A stretch of 64,000 nt of DNA from an uncultured Gammaproteobacteria bacterium (GTDB lineage: Bacteria > Pseudomonadota > Gammaproteobacteria > DRLM01): the NCBI GenBank assembly GCA_963729605.1, contig CAVSNY010000002.1:64001-128000 (forward strand), written 5' to 3'. Shown here one piece after another: positions 42,101-52,042 of this stretch. A program made the position numbers and the translations under genes. The first letter of the stretch is position 1. Each line of letters begins with the position of its first letter. The notes under the pieces were generated by a model. The model saw only the letters and a program-made list of their open reading frames with translations. It made no database searches and was not told the DNA's origin.

Positions 42101-42974
42101 CATGCGCGCCTTGTTGGGCGTGGAGGACAGCAAGACCATTCCGGTGCTGCGTGATCCCGCCAAAGTCACCGAAGACAGCGACGCGGTGTTTTATTTCCCC
42201 GGCTGCGGTTCCGAGCGGCTGTTCAGCCAGATCGGCCTCGCGACGCTGGCGAGTTTATACGAGGTCGGCGCGCAGACCGTGTTGCCGCCGGGTTATCTGT
42301 GCTGCGGTTATCCGCAGACCTCCGGCGGCGACGCGGCCAAAGGCCAGCAGATCACCACCGAGAACCGCGTGTTGTTCCACCGCGTCGCCAACGCGCTCAG
42401 TTACCTCGACATCAAGACCGTGATCGTCTCCTGCGGCACCTGCATGGATCAATTGCTGAAATACGAATTCCAGCAGATATTCCCCGACTGCCGGTTGCTC
42501 GACATCCACGAATACCTGATGGAAAAGGGCGTCAGCCTGGAAGGCGTCAGCGGCGTGCGTTACATGTACCACGACCCCTGCCACTCGCCGATGAAGACCC
42601 ACAACCCGGTCAGCGTCGCGTCGAAATTATTGGGCGGCGCCGAAGTGAAACTCTCCGACCGCTGCTGCGGCGAGGCCGGCACCTTCGCGGTGGCGCGACC
42701 CGACATCGCCAGCCAGGTGCGCTTCCGCAAGGAAGAAGAGCTCAAAAAAGGCATCGAGCAACTCACCGGCCAACCGATCGCGCAGGACGGCAACGTCAAA
42801 ATGCTCACCTCCTGTCCCGCCTGCCAGCAGGGCCTCTCGCGTTACCGCGACGATACCGGTCTCGACACCGACTACATCGTGGTCGAACTGGTCAATCAAT
42901 GGCTGGGCGACGGCTGGCAGCAACGCTTCATCGACCGCACCAAACAGGGCGGGGTCGAGCGGGTGTTGTTGTAA
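39114..42974 (+). CDS. large FAD-linked / Fe-S (CCG-domain) oxidoreductase, DUF3683/DUF3400 type
   Basis: [85 protein letters not shown]; start taken at ATG 39114. Confidence 0.88.
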   Translation: MTAHSASRIREIPYNYTSFSDREIVKRYLGPDMWDVLNELRGTRRTGRSAQMLFEVLGDMWVVARNPYIQDDLLENPQRLTSLSVTLHQRLDQIVTRADNNPLALQLVERARAAVREFEGWFPEQRSLRQRALRRFGKVTRRDNISFDGLARVSHVTDATDWRVEFPFVVLHPDSEEEMAPLVAACIELGLTIIPRGGGTGYTGSAVPLFADTAVINTEKLEGLGKVERRILPGLSEPVPTVRAECGVVTKRVAEVAEANGLVFAVDPTSMDASTIGGNVAMNAGGKKAVLWGTAVDNLVSWRMVTPDAEWLEIERLNHNLGKIHEQETVEFRLTRYRPDGKTRSGEPEILRMPGRVFRKQGLGKDVTDKFLGGLPGVQKEGCDGLITSAVFVLHRMPSCTRTVCLEFFGNDMRRAVSAIVEIKDYLDANPKAVLSGMEHLDERYLRAVKYSTKAPRRERPKMVLLVDVSGDDDHAVAEAASQVVRFANAREAEGFVAISPEARRRFWVDRARTAAIAAHTNAFKINEDVVIPLDRLADYSVGIERINIEQSISNKLRLLDAVEAYLAGELPEVRQVAEYEASAEDSAIVAAKQQAARDHLAAVRTRWSTYLTRMDETAAQHQNLLSDELRAGLQAGDTLLSLLLHRALRVSYRAEVERPLKEIFGGQAFERVRGRLDEIHAGIRSSRLFVALHMHAGDGNVHTNIPVNSNDYEMLQEAERIVDRVMALSLSLNGVISGEHGIGITKIQYLAPSDIAAFAGYKQKIDPEGRFNRGKLLAGADLTNAYTPSLRLVQQEALLLEQSELGALNDDIRHCLRCGKCKPVCNTHVPRANLLYSPRNKILATGLMIEAFLYEEQTRRGISIRHFDEMNDVADHCTVCHKCLNPCPVDIDFGDVSIRMRKILKDRGQRHTNVGAWASMAFLNVTDPSTIKLMRKGMIEWGYAAQRTAHGVAKKLHLLGGAQERPAATTGKPPLRAQVVQFMKKPLPNKLPAQTMRALLGVEDSKTIPVLRDPAKVTEDSDAVFYFPGCGSERLFSQIGLATLASLYEVGAQTVLPPGYLCCGYPQTSGGDAAKGQQITTENRVLFHRVANALSYLDIKTVIVSCGTCMDQLLKYEFQQIFPDCRLLDIHEYLMEKGVSLEGVSGVRYMYHDPCHSPMKTHNPVSVASKLLGGAEVKLSDRCCGEAGTFAVARPDIASQVRFRKEEELKKGIEQLTGQPIAQDGNVKMLTSCPACQQGLSRYRDDTGLDTDYIVVELVNQWLGDGWQQRFIDRTKQGGVERVLL

Positions 42975-43019
42975 GCGGCAAGCGCGGCCGTTTTCGGGTC
43001 CCACCGCGTCCGCCATCAG

Positions 43020-43053
43020 CCCCTCTCCCCAGGGAGAGGGCAGGGGTGAGGGG
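43020..43053. repeat. REP-like palindrome
   Basis: CCCTCTCCC-CA-GGGAGAGGG followed by CAGGGGTGAGGGG, between convergent genes. Confidence 0.65.
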
Positions 43054-43170
43054 ATTATTCGACCACCCCCTTTCCCGCTCTGACACCCCGCCCCGGTAAT
43101 CAGTTGCAGCCGCTCGTCCAAGAAATTCGCGGTCGGCTGCTCGCCGGTCTGCCGGCGTCGCCCGCCGCGG

Positions 43171-43371
43171 TCAGCGCCGGAACAACCAAAACAACAGCGT
43201 CAGCACCAGACTGATGATGATGGACGTGACGATGGGGAAGTAGAAGCTGAAGTTTTCCTTTTCCACCACGATGTCGCCGGGCAAGCGGCCCAGCCCCAGT
43301 TTTTGAAACAGCGGCCAGAGCAGGCCGAGCACGACCAGGATGATCCCGACGATGATGAGTAGTTTGGCCAT
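43171..43371 (-). CDS. DUF2905-family small membrane protein
   Basis: LGRLPGDI, NFSFYFPIVTSIIIS. Confidence 0.85.
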   Translation of the reverse strand: MAKLLIIVGIILVVLGLLWPLFQKLGLGRLPGDIVVEKENFSFYFPIVTSIIISLVLTLLFWLFRR

Positions 43372-43553
43372 GGAGGCGCCCTTCATTGTCCGGCGCTGAT
43401 TCTGTGTCGAGTGGTCGGCGGATTTACGAAGCCGCTCCCGTCGACCGGGACCGAACGACCTGGGCGCCGTGGGCAGGTCGCGTCGGCCATTTTAAATCCA
43501 TTCATCCGGCTGGGCATGGCGGCGCCTTTTGTTGGGTTGACGCCGCCCGGCGC

Positions 43554-44210
43554 TCAGGTGAGGGTGCGCACGCCCTGCGCGGTGCCGAGGAGTAACACGT
43601 CGGCGGGACGCAGCGCGAAGATGCCGTTGGTGACCACGCCGGGGATGTTGTTGAGCTCGCTTTCCAGTTTCGCCGCTTCCATGATTTGCAGGTTGCGCAC
43701 GTCGAGGATGATGTTGCCGTTGTCGGTGATGAAACCCTCCCGCAATATCGGTTGCCCGCCCATTTTGACGATTTGGCGCGCGACGTAGCTGCGGGCCATG
43801 GGGATGACTTCGATGGGCAGCGGAAAGCTGCCGAGGATGTCCACCAGTTTGGTTTCATCGGCGATGCAGACGAAGCGTTTGGCCACCGCCGCCACGATCT
43901 TTTCGCGGGTCAATGCGCCGCCGCCGCCTTTGATGAGTTGCAGATGGCGATTGGCTTCGTCGGCGCCGTCCACGTAGAGGGCCATGTCGTCCACGGTGTT
44001 GAGGCTGAGCACCGCGATGCCGTGTTTCTTCAATCGCTCGGCGGAGGCGACCGAGCTGGCCACGGTGCCTTCGATTTTATGTTTGACGGTCGCCAGGGCG
44101 TCGATGAAATGATTGGCGGTGGAACCGGTGCCGATGCCGATGATGGTGCCCGCTTGCACGTAGTCCAAGGCCGCTTCCGCCGCCGCCTTTTTGAGTGCGT
44201 CCTGAGACAT
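43554..44210 (-). CDS. rpiA: ribose-5-phosphate isomerase A
   Basis: [42 protein letters not shown]. Confidence 0.98.
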   Translation of the reverse strand: MSQDALKKAAAEAALDYVQAGTIIGIGTGSTANHFIDALATVKHKIEGTVASSVASAERLKKHGIAVLSLNTVDDMALYVDGADEANRHLQLIKGGGGALTREKIVAAVAKRFVCIADETKLVDILGSFPLPIEVIPMARSYVARQIVKMGGQPILREGFITDNGNIILDVRNLQIMEAAKLESELNNIPGVVTNGIFALRPADVLLLGTAQGVRTLT

Positions 44211-44325
44211 GTTGCTTCTCCCTGGTGAGTGCGTTAATGGGCCCGATCATACCCGATCTTATCCAGTAAAGTCATACGCGGCCGCCGGCTAGGCAGTGAT
44301 GGGGAGAAGCTGTTAATGTAACCGG

Positions 44326-45840
44326 ATGCCAAAGAAATACCTGGAAAAAATTCTCAAAGCGCGGGTTTACGACGTGGCGATAGAGACGCCGCTCGATCTC
44401 ATGCGCGCCCTTTCCGCGCGACTGGATAACCAAGTGTGGTTGAAGCGGGAAGACTTGCAACCGGTGTTTTCGTTCAAGCTGCGCGGCGCCTATAACAAGA
44501 TCGTGCACCTCGATGCCGAGCAGCGCGCCAGAGGGGTCATCGCCGCCTCGGCGGGCAATCACGCGCAAGGCGTGGCCTTGGCCGCCGGCCGCTTGGGGAT
44601 ACAGGCGCTGATCGTGATGCCGCGCACCACGCCGGATATTAAAGTGCAATCGGTGCGTAAATTGGGCGCCAAGGCCGTGCTGCACGGCGACACCTACGAC
44701 GAGGCCTACACCCGCGCGGTGAAACTGGCGGGTGAAAAGGACATGGTGTTCGTCCATCCTTACGACGATCCCGAGGTGATTGCCGGGCAGGGTACGGTGG
44801 CGATGGAGATATTGCGGCAGCACGAGGCGCCGCCGCACGCGATCTTCGTGCCGGTGGGCGGCGGCGGTTTGATCGCCGGGGTGTCCAGTTATGTGAAGGC
44901 GCTTTATCCCGAGGTGAAGGTGATCGGTGTCGAGCCCGACGACGCGCCCACCTTGCAGCGCGCCTTGCAGAAAAAGAAACGGGTGGTGTTGGAGCAGGTG
45001 GGCATCTTCGCCGACGGCGTGGCGGTGCGCCAGATCGGCGCGGAGCCGTTCCGTATCGCCCGCCAGTGCGTGGACGAGGTGATCCTGGTCAGCACCGACG
45101 AGATCTGCGCCGCCATCAAAGATATCTTCGACGACACCCGCTCCATCGCCGAGCCGGCGGGGGCGTTGGCGGTGGCGGGGATGAAGCGTTACGTGGAGCG
45201 CACCCAGCTCAGCGGCCTGCAGCTGGTGGCCATCGACAGCGGCGCCAATATGAACTTCGACCGGCTGCGCCACATCGCGGAACGCGCCGAGGTAGGCGAG
45301 CGCAACGAGGCGATCCTGGCGGTGACCATTCCCGAGCGGCCCGGCAGTTTCCGGTCTTTTTGCGAAGCCCTCGGCGCGCGCAACGTCACCGAGTTCAACT
45401 ACCGTTATTCCGATGCCACGGCGGCGCACGTATTCGCCGGCATTCAATTGCGGGGCGGCGAGGCGGAGCGGCTGGAGATCGTGGAGCGGCTGCGCGCCGA
45501 CGGTTATCCGGTGCTGGATCTGACCGAGAATGAAATGGCCAAGCTGCACATCCGCCACATGGTGGGCGGCCATGCGGCCGCTGTCGAGGACGAGGTGTTG
45601 TACCGCTTCGAATTCCCCGAGCGGCCGGGCGCCCTCTTACGCTTTCTGACCAATATGGGACAGCGCTGGAACATCAGCCTGTTCCATTACCGCAATCACG
45701 GCGCCGCCTACGGCCGGGTGTTGGTGGGTATTCAAGTGCCGGCCAATGATCGCGAACGCCTGCGCCAGTTTCTCACCGACCTGGGTTATGCCTACCAGGA
45801 AGAGACCGCCAATCCGGTCTACGGGTTGTTCCTGCGTTGA
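44326..45840 (+). CDS. ilvA: biosynthetic threonine ammonia-lyase
   Basis: KREDLQPVFSFKLRGAYN, ASAGNHAQG, PVGGGGL, FEFPERPGAL, WNISLFHYRNHG. Confidence 0.98.
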   Translation: MPKKYLEKILKARVYDVAIETPLDLMRALSARLDNQVWLKREDLQPVFSFKLRGAYNKIVHLDAEQRARGVIAASAGNHAQGVALAAGRLGIQALIVMPRTTPDIKVQSVRKLGAKAVLHGDTYDEAYTRAVKLAGEKDMVFVHPYDDPEVIAGQGTVAMEILRQHEAPPHAIFVPVGGGGLIAGVSSYVKALYPEVKVIGVEPDDAPTLQRALQKKKRVVLEQVGIFADGVAVRQIGAEPFRIARQCVDEVILVSTDEICAAIKDIFDDTRSIAEPAGALAVAGMKRYVERTQLSGLQLVAIDSGANMNFDRLRHIAERAEVGERNEAILAVTIPERPGSFRSFCEALGARNVTEFNYRYSDATAAHVFAGIQLRGGEAERLEIVERLRADGYPVLDLTENEMAKLHIRHMVGGHAAAVEDEVLYRFEFPERPGALLRFLTNMGQRWNISLFHYRNHGAAYGRVLVGIQVPANDRERLRQFLTDLGYAYQEETANPVYGLFLR

Positions 45841-45994
45841 AGTTGCCGAGCCCGCCGCAAGTGGCCGGGTGGCGAGGTGTCTTTGGTCGGGTCGAGACGG
45901 GGTGTGAGCTTCAAATACACGAAGGGCCCGCCATCGCGAGCCCTCCGTACAGCACTGCAAAAGCCGAAAACCGCTGCTGTTTTCGGCGGCTTGC

Positions 45995-46297
45995 TTAAGC
46001 CGGCATCGCGGAAGTGGCCTTCTTCTTGGAGGCTCTCTTCTTTGAAGCAGCTTTCTTTTTGCCAGCCTTTTTCTTGCCGGCTTTTTTCTTGCCGGCCTTC
46101 TTTTTTGAAGCGGCTTTCTTTTTGCCGACCTTTTTCTTAGCGGCTTTTTTCTTACCGGCTTTTTTCTTACCGGCCTTTTTGCGGGTGGCCTTTTTAGCGG
46201 TGGCCTTCTTGGCTACCACCTTTTTGGTGGTCGTTTTCTTCGCAGCTGACTTCTTCTTTGAAGTCACTTTCTTCTTCGTGGCTTTCTTTGTTGCCAT
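45995..46297 (-). CDS. histone H1-like Lys/Ala-rich protein
   Basis: GGAGGA RBS; MATKKATKKK...; repeated KKAxK units; 100 aa. Confidence 0.85.
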   Translation of the reverse strand: MATKKATKKKVTSKKKSAAKKTTTKKVVAKKATAKKATRKKAGKKKAGKKKAAKKKVGKKKAASKKKAGKKKAGKKKAGKKKAASKKRASKKKATSAMPA

Positions 46298-46616
46298 TGT
46301 GATTCCTCCGTTGTGAACGTAGCGTTCGCTACTAAGTATAAACAACTTCTTTAAAAAACAAAGAGTGTTTATTCCAAAAGACTATCGAACGAATTTGAAC
46401 ATTCCTTTAGGGGCCGGCGGCGCATGCGATGCGTTGGCTTGAGAGGGCGGTGGTGTGCGAGTGATTTTTCACCCTCATCGCGACCTCGGAAACACTAACC
46501 AGCCGCGTGTGGGCGAGGTGAAAAATGCCATGTGAGACGGTTGGTGACGCCGGCGCGGCGCGGTGATCGAGTTGTGGGTTTTTCTCGAGAAAAACGCCGT
46601 ATTTTTAATACGACGC

Positions 46617-47075
46617 TTACTCCAGTTTCAGGATGTAGCGCCACGCTTCGGCGTTGATCGGCATGATGGAGAGCCGGTTGCCTTTGCGCAGCAGAATCAA
46701 GTCGGCGAGCGCGCGGTGATCTTTGAGTTCGGCGAGGGTGATGGTGCGTTTGAGGCGCCTCCGGAAGCGGACATCGACCATGTACCAGCGGGGCGCCTCC
46801 GGTGTGCTCTTGGGGTCGAAGTGGGGGTTTTCGGGGTCGAAGGCGGTGAAGTCGGGATAGGCTTGCCTGACTATCTCGACGATGCCGACGATGCCCGGCT
46901 CTTCACAACTGGAGTGGTAGAAGAAGGCTTGGTCGCCCTTTTTCATCTGGTCGCGGAGCATGTTTCGCGCCTGGTAATTGCGTACGCCGTCCCAGTGTTC
47001 GGTCTGTCCGGGGCGGGCTTGCAGGTCGTCGATGCCGAAGGTGTCCGGTTCTGATTTCATCAGCCAGTAATGCAT
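46617..47075 (-). CDS. EVE-domain protein
   Basis: YWLMKSEP, WDGVRNYQARN, FFYHS, YPDFTAFD, PRWYMVDV, RLSIMP; AAGGAG RBS. Confidence 0.93.
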   Translation of the reverse strand: MHYWLMKSEPDTFGIDDLQARPGQTEHWDGVRNYQARNMLRDQMKKGDQAFFYHSSCEEPGIVGIVEIVRQAYPDFTAFDPENPHFDPKSTPEAPRWYMVDVRFRRRLKRTITLAELKDHRALADLILLRKGNRLSIMPINAEAWRYILKLE

Positions 47076-47127
47076 GGATGCTCCTTGAGATGCGGGTGGC
47101 GAACGGTTCGGTGAAGCGTGGCGGGCG

Positions 47128-47787
47128 TTAAAACAAATAAATTTGTTGTTCGGTGGCGACAGCATCCAGCGGCACGTCCCAACTTTGGGGGGCGAGCGCT
47201 TCGACGCGTTGCAGTGCGTGGGCGATGCCGAGCAGGCGCGGTTTGCGCCAATGGCGGCGCTGGCGCAGGAACGACAGGCTGCGATCGTAAAATCCGCCGC
47301 CCATGCCGAGCCGGTTGCCTTGGGCGTCGAAACCGACCAAGGGCATCAGCAGCAGGTCCAATAACCGCGCATCGACGCTGCGCAGTCCCGCGCCGACCGG
47401 TTCGGGAATGCCGAAGAGGTTGGGCGCGAGCGGGTCGCCGGGATAATAAGGCGCGAAGCGCAAGCGGCGGTCCGGGGTGATGACCGGCAGGTAACAGGTT
47501 TTGCGCATGGTCCAGGCGTGGTGCAGCAGCGGGGTGAGATCCGGCTCGCCGTCGTTGGCGAGATAAAAACCAATGTGCCGGCTGCGGCGGAACAGCGCTG
47601 AACCGTGGATCAAGCGGGCCAGCTGGTGCGCGGCGCGCCGTTGTTGGGTCTTGTCCAGTTGCCGGCGTAGATCGCGCAGCCGGCGGCGTAAGGCCGGGCG
47701 GTCCGACAAAGTAGCGACTACGGGCGGGCCGGGGAGGTCGCTGAGCGCGGGGGTGGTGATGGGCGCGGGCGGTGTGTCGTCATTCAT
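47128..47787 (-). CDS. ygfA: 5-formyltetrahydrofolate cyclo-ligase
   Basis: YLANDGE, NLFGIPEP, LMPLVGFDAQGNRLGMGGGFYDR, WDVPLD; directly downstream of 6S RNA; start uncertain. Confidence 0.93.
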   Translation of the reverse strand: MNDDTPPAPITTPALSDLPGPPVVATLSDRPALRRRLRDLRRQLDKTQQRRAAHQLARLIHGSALFRRSRHIGFYLANDGEPDLTPLLHHAWTMRKTCYLPVITPDRRLRFAPYYPGDPLAPNLFGIPEPVGAGLRSVDARLLDLLLMPLVGFDAQGNRLGMGGGFYDRSLSFLRQRRHWRKPRLLGIAHALQRVEALAPQSWDVPLDAVATEQQIYLF

Positions 47788-47815
47788 TCCGGGGATGAGT
47801 CCGCGGTGAAAAAAA

Positions 47816-48000
47816 GCACCCTCCGCGTGAACCGTCGCGGGCCATCGCCCTTGAACCATTCGGTTCAGGTGGGGACACAATCAGTGTTTTTAGGCTTTCC
47901 GGCGCAGCGGACATGCACACCAACACTGGCAGGGTCCCCAAGGGTAATGAAATAGGGTCAAGGAGTAACTTGGCCCGCTAACGGGAACCGCAGAGGATGC
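47816..48000 (-). ncRNA. ssrS: 6S RNA
   Basis: ~185 nt between zapA and ygfA; ends GCATCCTCTGCG / CGCGGAGGGTGC pair; internal GTGTGCATGTCCGC..GGAAAGCC and TGAACC..GGTTCAAGGG; TAGAAT -10 just upstream. Confidence 0.92.
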
Positions 48001-48055
48001 GTTGTCGATTCTATCGTGAAACAGGGGGAAGAGAAACAAGCGGGCCCGAAGCCGA

Positions 48056-48370
48056 TTACAGGTCCATCTGGCGCGAGTCGTGGAGGGCGGCGTCGATTTT
48101 ATTTTGCAGGCTGCGGATGCGATGGCCGAGATTGTCGGATTGCGACTCGACCTCGTTGCGCGTCTTGAGCAGTTCATGGGTGATGTTGAGGGCGGCCATG
48201 ACCGCGATGCGGTCGGCGCCCACCACTTTGCCGCTGTCGCGGATTTCCTTCATTTTCTTGCCGAGGTAGGCGGCGGCGGCCAACAGGGCGTCGCGTTCAT
48301 CGTCCGGGCAGGCGATGCGGTATTCTTTTTCGAGAATGTGGACGATGGTGGGGTTGGTCGGATTGGTCAT
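48056..48370 (-). CDS. zapA: cell division protein ZapA
   Basis: ILEKEYRIACP, RIAVMAALNITHEL; upstream of ssrS. Confidence 0.93.
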   Translation of the reverse strand: MTNPTNPTIVHILEKEYRIACPDDERDALLAAAAYLGKKMKEIRDSGKVVGADRIAVMAALNITHELLKTRNEVESQSDNLGHRIRSLQNKIDAALHDSRQMDL

Positions 48371-48600
48371 GCTTCGGTTTCCAGCGATTTAAGGCGCAGT
48401 AACAGCATTTCCGTCTGGGTGCGCGCCAAGTCTGTTTTGTGCTGCAGCTTGGCGCGCTCGGTCACCAGCATGGTTTGTTGCTGGCGGAGCAGGCGGTTTT
48501 CTTCCTTGAGGCGCTGGCAGGTGCGGATGAGTTCGTCGAGCCGAAGATCGAGGCTGCGGATGTCGGTTTCGGTGATGCGGTTGGGTTTGTCGGTATTCAT
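48367..48600 (-). CDS. TIGR02449-family coiled-coil protein (ZapB-like)
   Basis: LDELIRTCQRLKEENRLLR, ERAKL, RLKSLE; overlaps the zapA start. Confidence 0.85.
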   Translation of the reverse strand: MNTDKPNRITETDIRSLDLRLDELIRTCQRLKEENRLLRQQQTMLVTERAKLQHKTDLARTQTEMLLLRLKSLETEA

Positions 48601-48608
48601 GGGACATC

Positions 48609-48637
48609 AATATAGAGCGGCGCCGAAACGGGGTCAA
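48609..48637 (-). promoter_or_regulatory. sigma70 promoter of the TIGR02449-zapA operon
   Basis: Minus strand TTGACC-N17-TATATT. Confidence 0.65.
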
Positions 48638-48831
48638 TCGCCGACTTTGGTAGTGGCGGTTTGGGCAGGCATGATAGCATAGCCTGCTTCTTAGGGTGCG
48701 TTGAGTAGGAGGGCGGCGGCATTCCGTTTCCGCGCCATGCAAGGCACGGCGGGATGGCGTTGAGTCAATTCAACAAGCCGTAAGTAAACGGCTATCCTCA
48801 AAGTGGATTTGTCACTTTATGTTATCGATCG

Positions 48832-49440
48832 ATGGAGAATGCCTTGAGTTCAGCGCCCCCGCCCTTTGATTATGATGCCTACGCCACTCTGTTTGAGGGG
48901 CTGGGTTTGGAGCTGGCGCCGGCGGAGGCCCATGGCGGTTTGGCGGGTTTGTTGTGCGCCACCGACACCGTCACCGTCGAGCAGTGGATCGCCGAGTTGA
49001 TGGCCGGTAAGCCGACCATCATGTTGGCCGACGATGGCGTGGCCGGGGCGGACGACGATACGCCGACCTTGCGGCGTCTGTATGAGCTCACCACCGATCA
49101 GTTGGAAGACCCCGATTACGGTTTTACTTTATTGTTGCCTGACGATGCTCATCCTCTGGCGGAGCGGACCGAGGCCTTGTCGCAATGGTGTCAGGGTTTT
49201 TTGTGGGGCCTGGGCCTGGGCGGCATTCAAGACGAGGCCAAGCTGCCGGGCGACGTGAATGAAGTGATGCGGGACATGTCGGAGATTTCGCGGCTGCGTT
49301 TCGCCGACCAGGGCGGCGGCAATGAAGATGAAACCGCCTATGCCGAGATCGTGGAATACGTGCGCATGGCGGCCTTGCTGGTTTACGAAGAATTACGCCC
49401 GCTGCGGGTGGCGCGGCCCGACGGGGATGTTGTGCACTAA
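48832..49440 (+). CDS. UPF0149 (YgfB-like) protein
   Basis: AEAHGGLAG, FTLLLPDD, ALSQWCQGFLWGLG, EIVEYVRMA; upstream of pepP. Confidence 0.9.
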   Translation: MENALSSAPPPFDYDAYATLFEGLGLELAPAEAHGGLAGLLCATDTVTVEQWIAELMAGKPTIMLADDGVAGADDDTPTLRRLYELTTDQLEDPDYGFTLLLPDDAHPLAERTEALSQWCQGFLWGLGLGGIQDEAKLPGDVNEVMRDMSEISRLRFADQGGGNEDETAYAEIVEYVRMAALLVYEELRPLRVARPDGDVVH

Positions 49441-49455
49441 TCGAGGACTCGCCGG

Positions 49456-50799
49456 GTGTTGGATAACAGGGAATTCGCGAAACGCCGCAAGCAATTGATG
49501 CGCATGATGGGCGAGGACGCCATGGCCATCCTGCCCGCCGCGCCGCAGCGTCACCGCAATCGCGACAGCGAGTATCCGTACCGCCAGGACAGCGACTTTT
49601 TCTATCTCACCGGTTTCGGCGAGCCCGAGGCGGTGGCGGTGCTGGTGCCGCAGCGCGAGCAGGGCGAATACGTATTGTTCTGCCGCGACCGCGACCCGAT
49701 GATGGAAATCTGGAACGGCCGGCGCGCCGGACCGGACGGGGCCCGCGAGCGCTATGGCGCCGATGACGCCTATCCCATCGGCGATATCGACGACATCCTG
49801 CCCGGCCTGCTGGAAAACCGCGAGCGGGTTTATTACAGCATGGGTTACAGTCCCGAGTTCGATCAACGGCTGATGGCCTGGGTCAACCGGGTGCGGGCGC
49901 GTTCCCGCGGCGGCAGTCACGCGCCGGTGGAATTCGTCGCCCTCGAACATGTCCTGCACGACATGCGGCTTTATAAGAGTCCGGCGGAGATTAAAGTCAT
50001 GCGCCGGTCGGCGAGCATTGCCGCCGCCGCCCATCAACGCGCCATGCGCATGTGCCGCCCCGGCATGATGGAGTATGAAATCGAGGCGGAGTTTCTCCAC
50101 GAGTTCCGCCGCGCCGGGGCCTGGGTGTCGTACAACCCCATCGTCGCCGGCGGCGGCAATGCCTGCATCCTGCATTACACCGAGAACAACGCGCCGCTGC
50201 GCGACGGCGATCTGCTGCTCATCGACGCCGGCGCCGAGTTGCACGGCTACGCCTCCGACATCACCCGCACCTTTCCGGTCAACGGCCGCTTCAGCCCCGC
50301 CCAGCGCGCGCTGTACGAAGTGGTGCTGGCGGCGCAGCAGGCCGCTTTCGATTGCATCCGGCCGGGCAGTCATTGGAATGAACCGCACGACGCGGCGGTG
50401 CGCACGCTCACCGCGGGCCTGGTCGAGCTGGGTTTGCTCAAAGGCAAGGTCGATGATTTGATCGCCGGCGAGGCCTATCGGCGGTTTTACATGCACCGCA
50501 CCGGCCACTGGCTGGGCATGGATGTCCATGACGTCGGCGATTACAAAGTGGGCGGCCAGTGGCGGGTGCTGGAGCCGGGCATGGTGCTCACCGTGGAACC
50601 CGGTTTGTACATCGCCGCCGGCAGCAAAGGCGTGGCGAAAAAATGGTGGGACATCGGCATTCGTATCGAAGACGACGTGCTGGTCACCAAGCAGGGCCAT
50701 GAGGTGTTGACGAAGGCGGCGCCCAAGACCGTCGCCGAGATCGAAGCCTTGATGGATGGTGCGCGGCCTGAATCCACGCCGCGGGCGCGGCATGCTTGA
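49456..50799 (+). CDS. pepP: Xaa-Pro aminopeptidase
   Basis: [59 protein letters not shown]. Confidence 0.97.
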   Translation: MLDNREFAKRRKQLMRMMGEDAMAILPAAPQRHRNRDSEYPYRQDSDFFYLTGFGEPEAVAVLVPQREQGEYVLFCRDRDPMMEIWNGRRAGPDGARERYGADDAYPIGDIDDILPGLLENRERVYYSMGYSPEFDQRLMAWVNRVRARSRGGSHAPVEFVALEHVLHDMRLYKSPAEIKVMRRSASIAAAAHQRAMRMCRPGMMEYEIEAEFLHEFRRAGAWVSYNPIVAGGGNACILHYTENNAPLRDGDLLLIDAGAELHGYASDITRTFPVNGRFSPAQRALYEVVLAAQQAAFDCIRPGSHWNEPHDAAVRTLTAGLVELGLLKGKVDDLIAGEAYRRFYMHRTGHWLGMDVHDVGDYKVGGQWRVLEPGMVLTVEPGLYIAAGSKGVAKKWWDIGIRIEDDVLVTKQGHEVLTKAAPKTVAEIEALMDGARPESTPRARHA

Positions 50800-52042
50800 G
50801 CCGGTCGATCACGATGTGGTGATCGTCGGCGGCGGCATGGTGGGGGCCAGCCTCGCCATCGCCTTGAGCGCCACGCCGCTCAAAGTGGCGTTGTTGGAAG
50901 CGGTGCCCTTCCGTTCGCAGAGCCAGCCCAGTTACGACGACCGCGCCATCGCCCTCGCTTACGGCACGCGCCGCATCTTCGGCGGCATGGGCCTGTGGCC
51001 GGCGCTGGCGCCGCAGGTCACGCCCATCGAACGCATTCACATCTCCGACCGCGGTCACTTCGGCGCCACGCGTTTGGATCGCCGCGATGCCGAGGTGGAG
51101 GCGCTGGGTTACGTGGCCGAGAGCCGGGTGGTGGGCGCGGTGGTGGCGGAACGTTTAACCCAGCTTTCCAAGCTCACCGTACTGTGTCCGGCTACTGTCA
51201 CCGACGTGGTATTGGGTGGCAACGGCGCCGAGGTGGTGGTGAAAGAGGGCGAGCTGCAGCGGCGTTTGCGCTGCCGCTTGGTGGTGGCCGCCGACGGCGC
51301 CACCTCCACGGTGCGCGAGTTGTTGGGCATCGCCATGCAGCGTTGGGAATACGGCCAGACCGCGATCATCACCAATGTCACGCCCGACCGGCCGCACGGC
51401 AATCGCGCCTATGAACGTTTCACCGACAGCGGGCCGCTGGCGCTGCTGCCCATGTCGGACAACCGCTATTCCGTGGTGTGGACGGTGCGCGCCGATTACG
51501 CCGCTCGCGTGCTGGCCATGGATGACGCGGCCTTTCTGGCGGCCTTGCAGACGCGCGCCGGGCGGCGGATCGGTCACTTGATCAAGGTGGGGCGCCGCCG
51601 CGATTATCCCTTGGCCATGGTGCGGGCGCGCGAACATGTGCGGCCGCGGCTGGCCTTGATCGGCAACGCCGCCCACACCCTGCACCCGGTGGCGGGCCAG
51701 GGTTTCAATCTCGGCGTGCGCGACGTGGCGGTACTGGCCGAGGTGTTGAGCGACGCCGCGGCGGCGGGACAGGACATCGGCGCCTTGGAGGTGTTGCAGC
51801 GTTATGCCGCTTGGCGGCAGCGCGATCATCTCAAAATGATCGCCTTCACCGACGGCTTGGCGCGGGTGTTCGCCAATCCGCTGTGGCCGGTGCGCGCCGT
51901 GCGCAACATGAGTATGGTGATGGTCGATCTGCTGCCGCCGCTGAAACACATGTTGACCCGCCACACCATGGGCCTGGCCGGCAAGCTGCCGCGCCTGGCG
52001 AGGGGTTTGTCATTGCAAGGGACGCGCGATGAATCGGTCTGA
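50792..52042 (+). CDS. ubiH: 2-octaprenyl-6-methoxyphenol hydroxylase
   Basis: [50 protein letters not shown]; follows pepP. Confidence 0.9.
   Translation: MLEPVDHDVVIVGGGMVGASLAIALSATPLKVALLEAVPFRSQSQPSYDDRAIALAYGTRRIFGGMGLWPALAPQVTPIERIHISDRGHFGATRLDRRDAEVEALGYVAESRVVGAVVAERLTQLSKLTVLCPATVTDVVLGGNGAEVVVKEGELQRRLRCRLVVAADGATSTVRELLGIAMQRWEYGQTAIITNVTPDRPHGNRAYERFTDSGPLALLPMSDNRYSVVWTVRADYAARVLAMDDAAFLAALQTRAGRRIGHLIKVGRRRDYPLAMVRAREHVRPRLALIGNAAHTLHPVAGQGFNLGVRDVAVLAEVLSDAAAAGQDIGALEVLQRYAAWRQRDHLKMIAFTDGLARVFANPLWPVRAVRNMSMVMVDLLPPLKHMLTRHTMGLAGKLPRLARGLSLQGTRDESV

Noticed and set aside
46014-46316. Phe/Ala-rich plus-strand ORF
   Set aside because: Antisense shadow of the Lys-rich histone-like gene.
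46464-46526. Inverted repeat ATTTTTCACC / GGTGAAAAAT between EVE and the histone-like gene
   Set aside because: Single occurrence with short arms; cannot be assigned a function.
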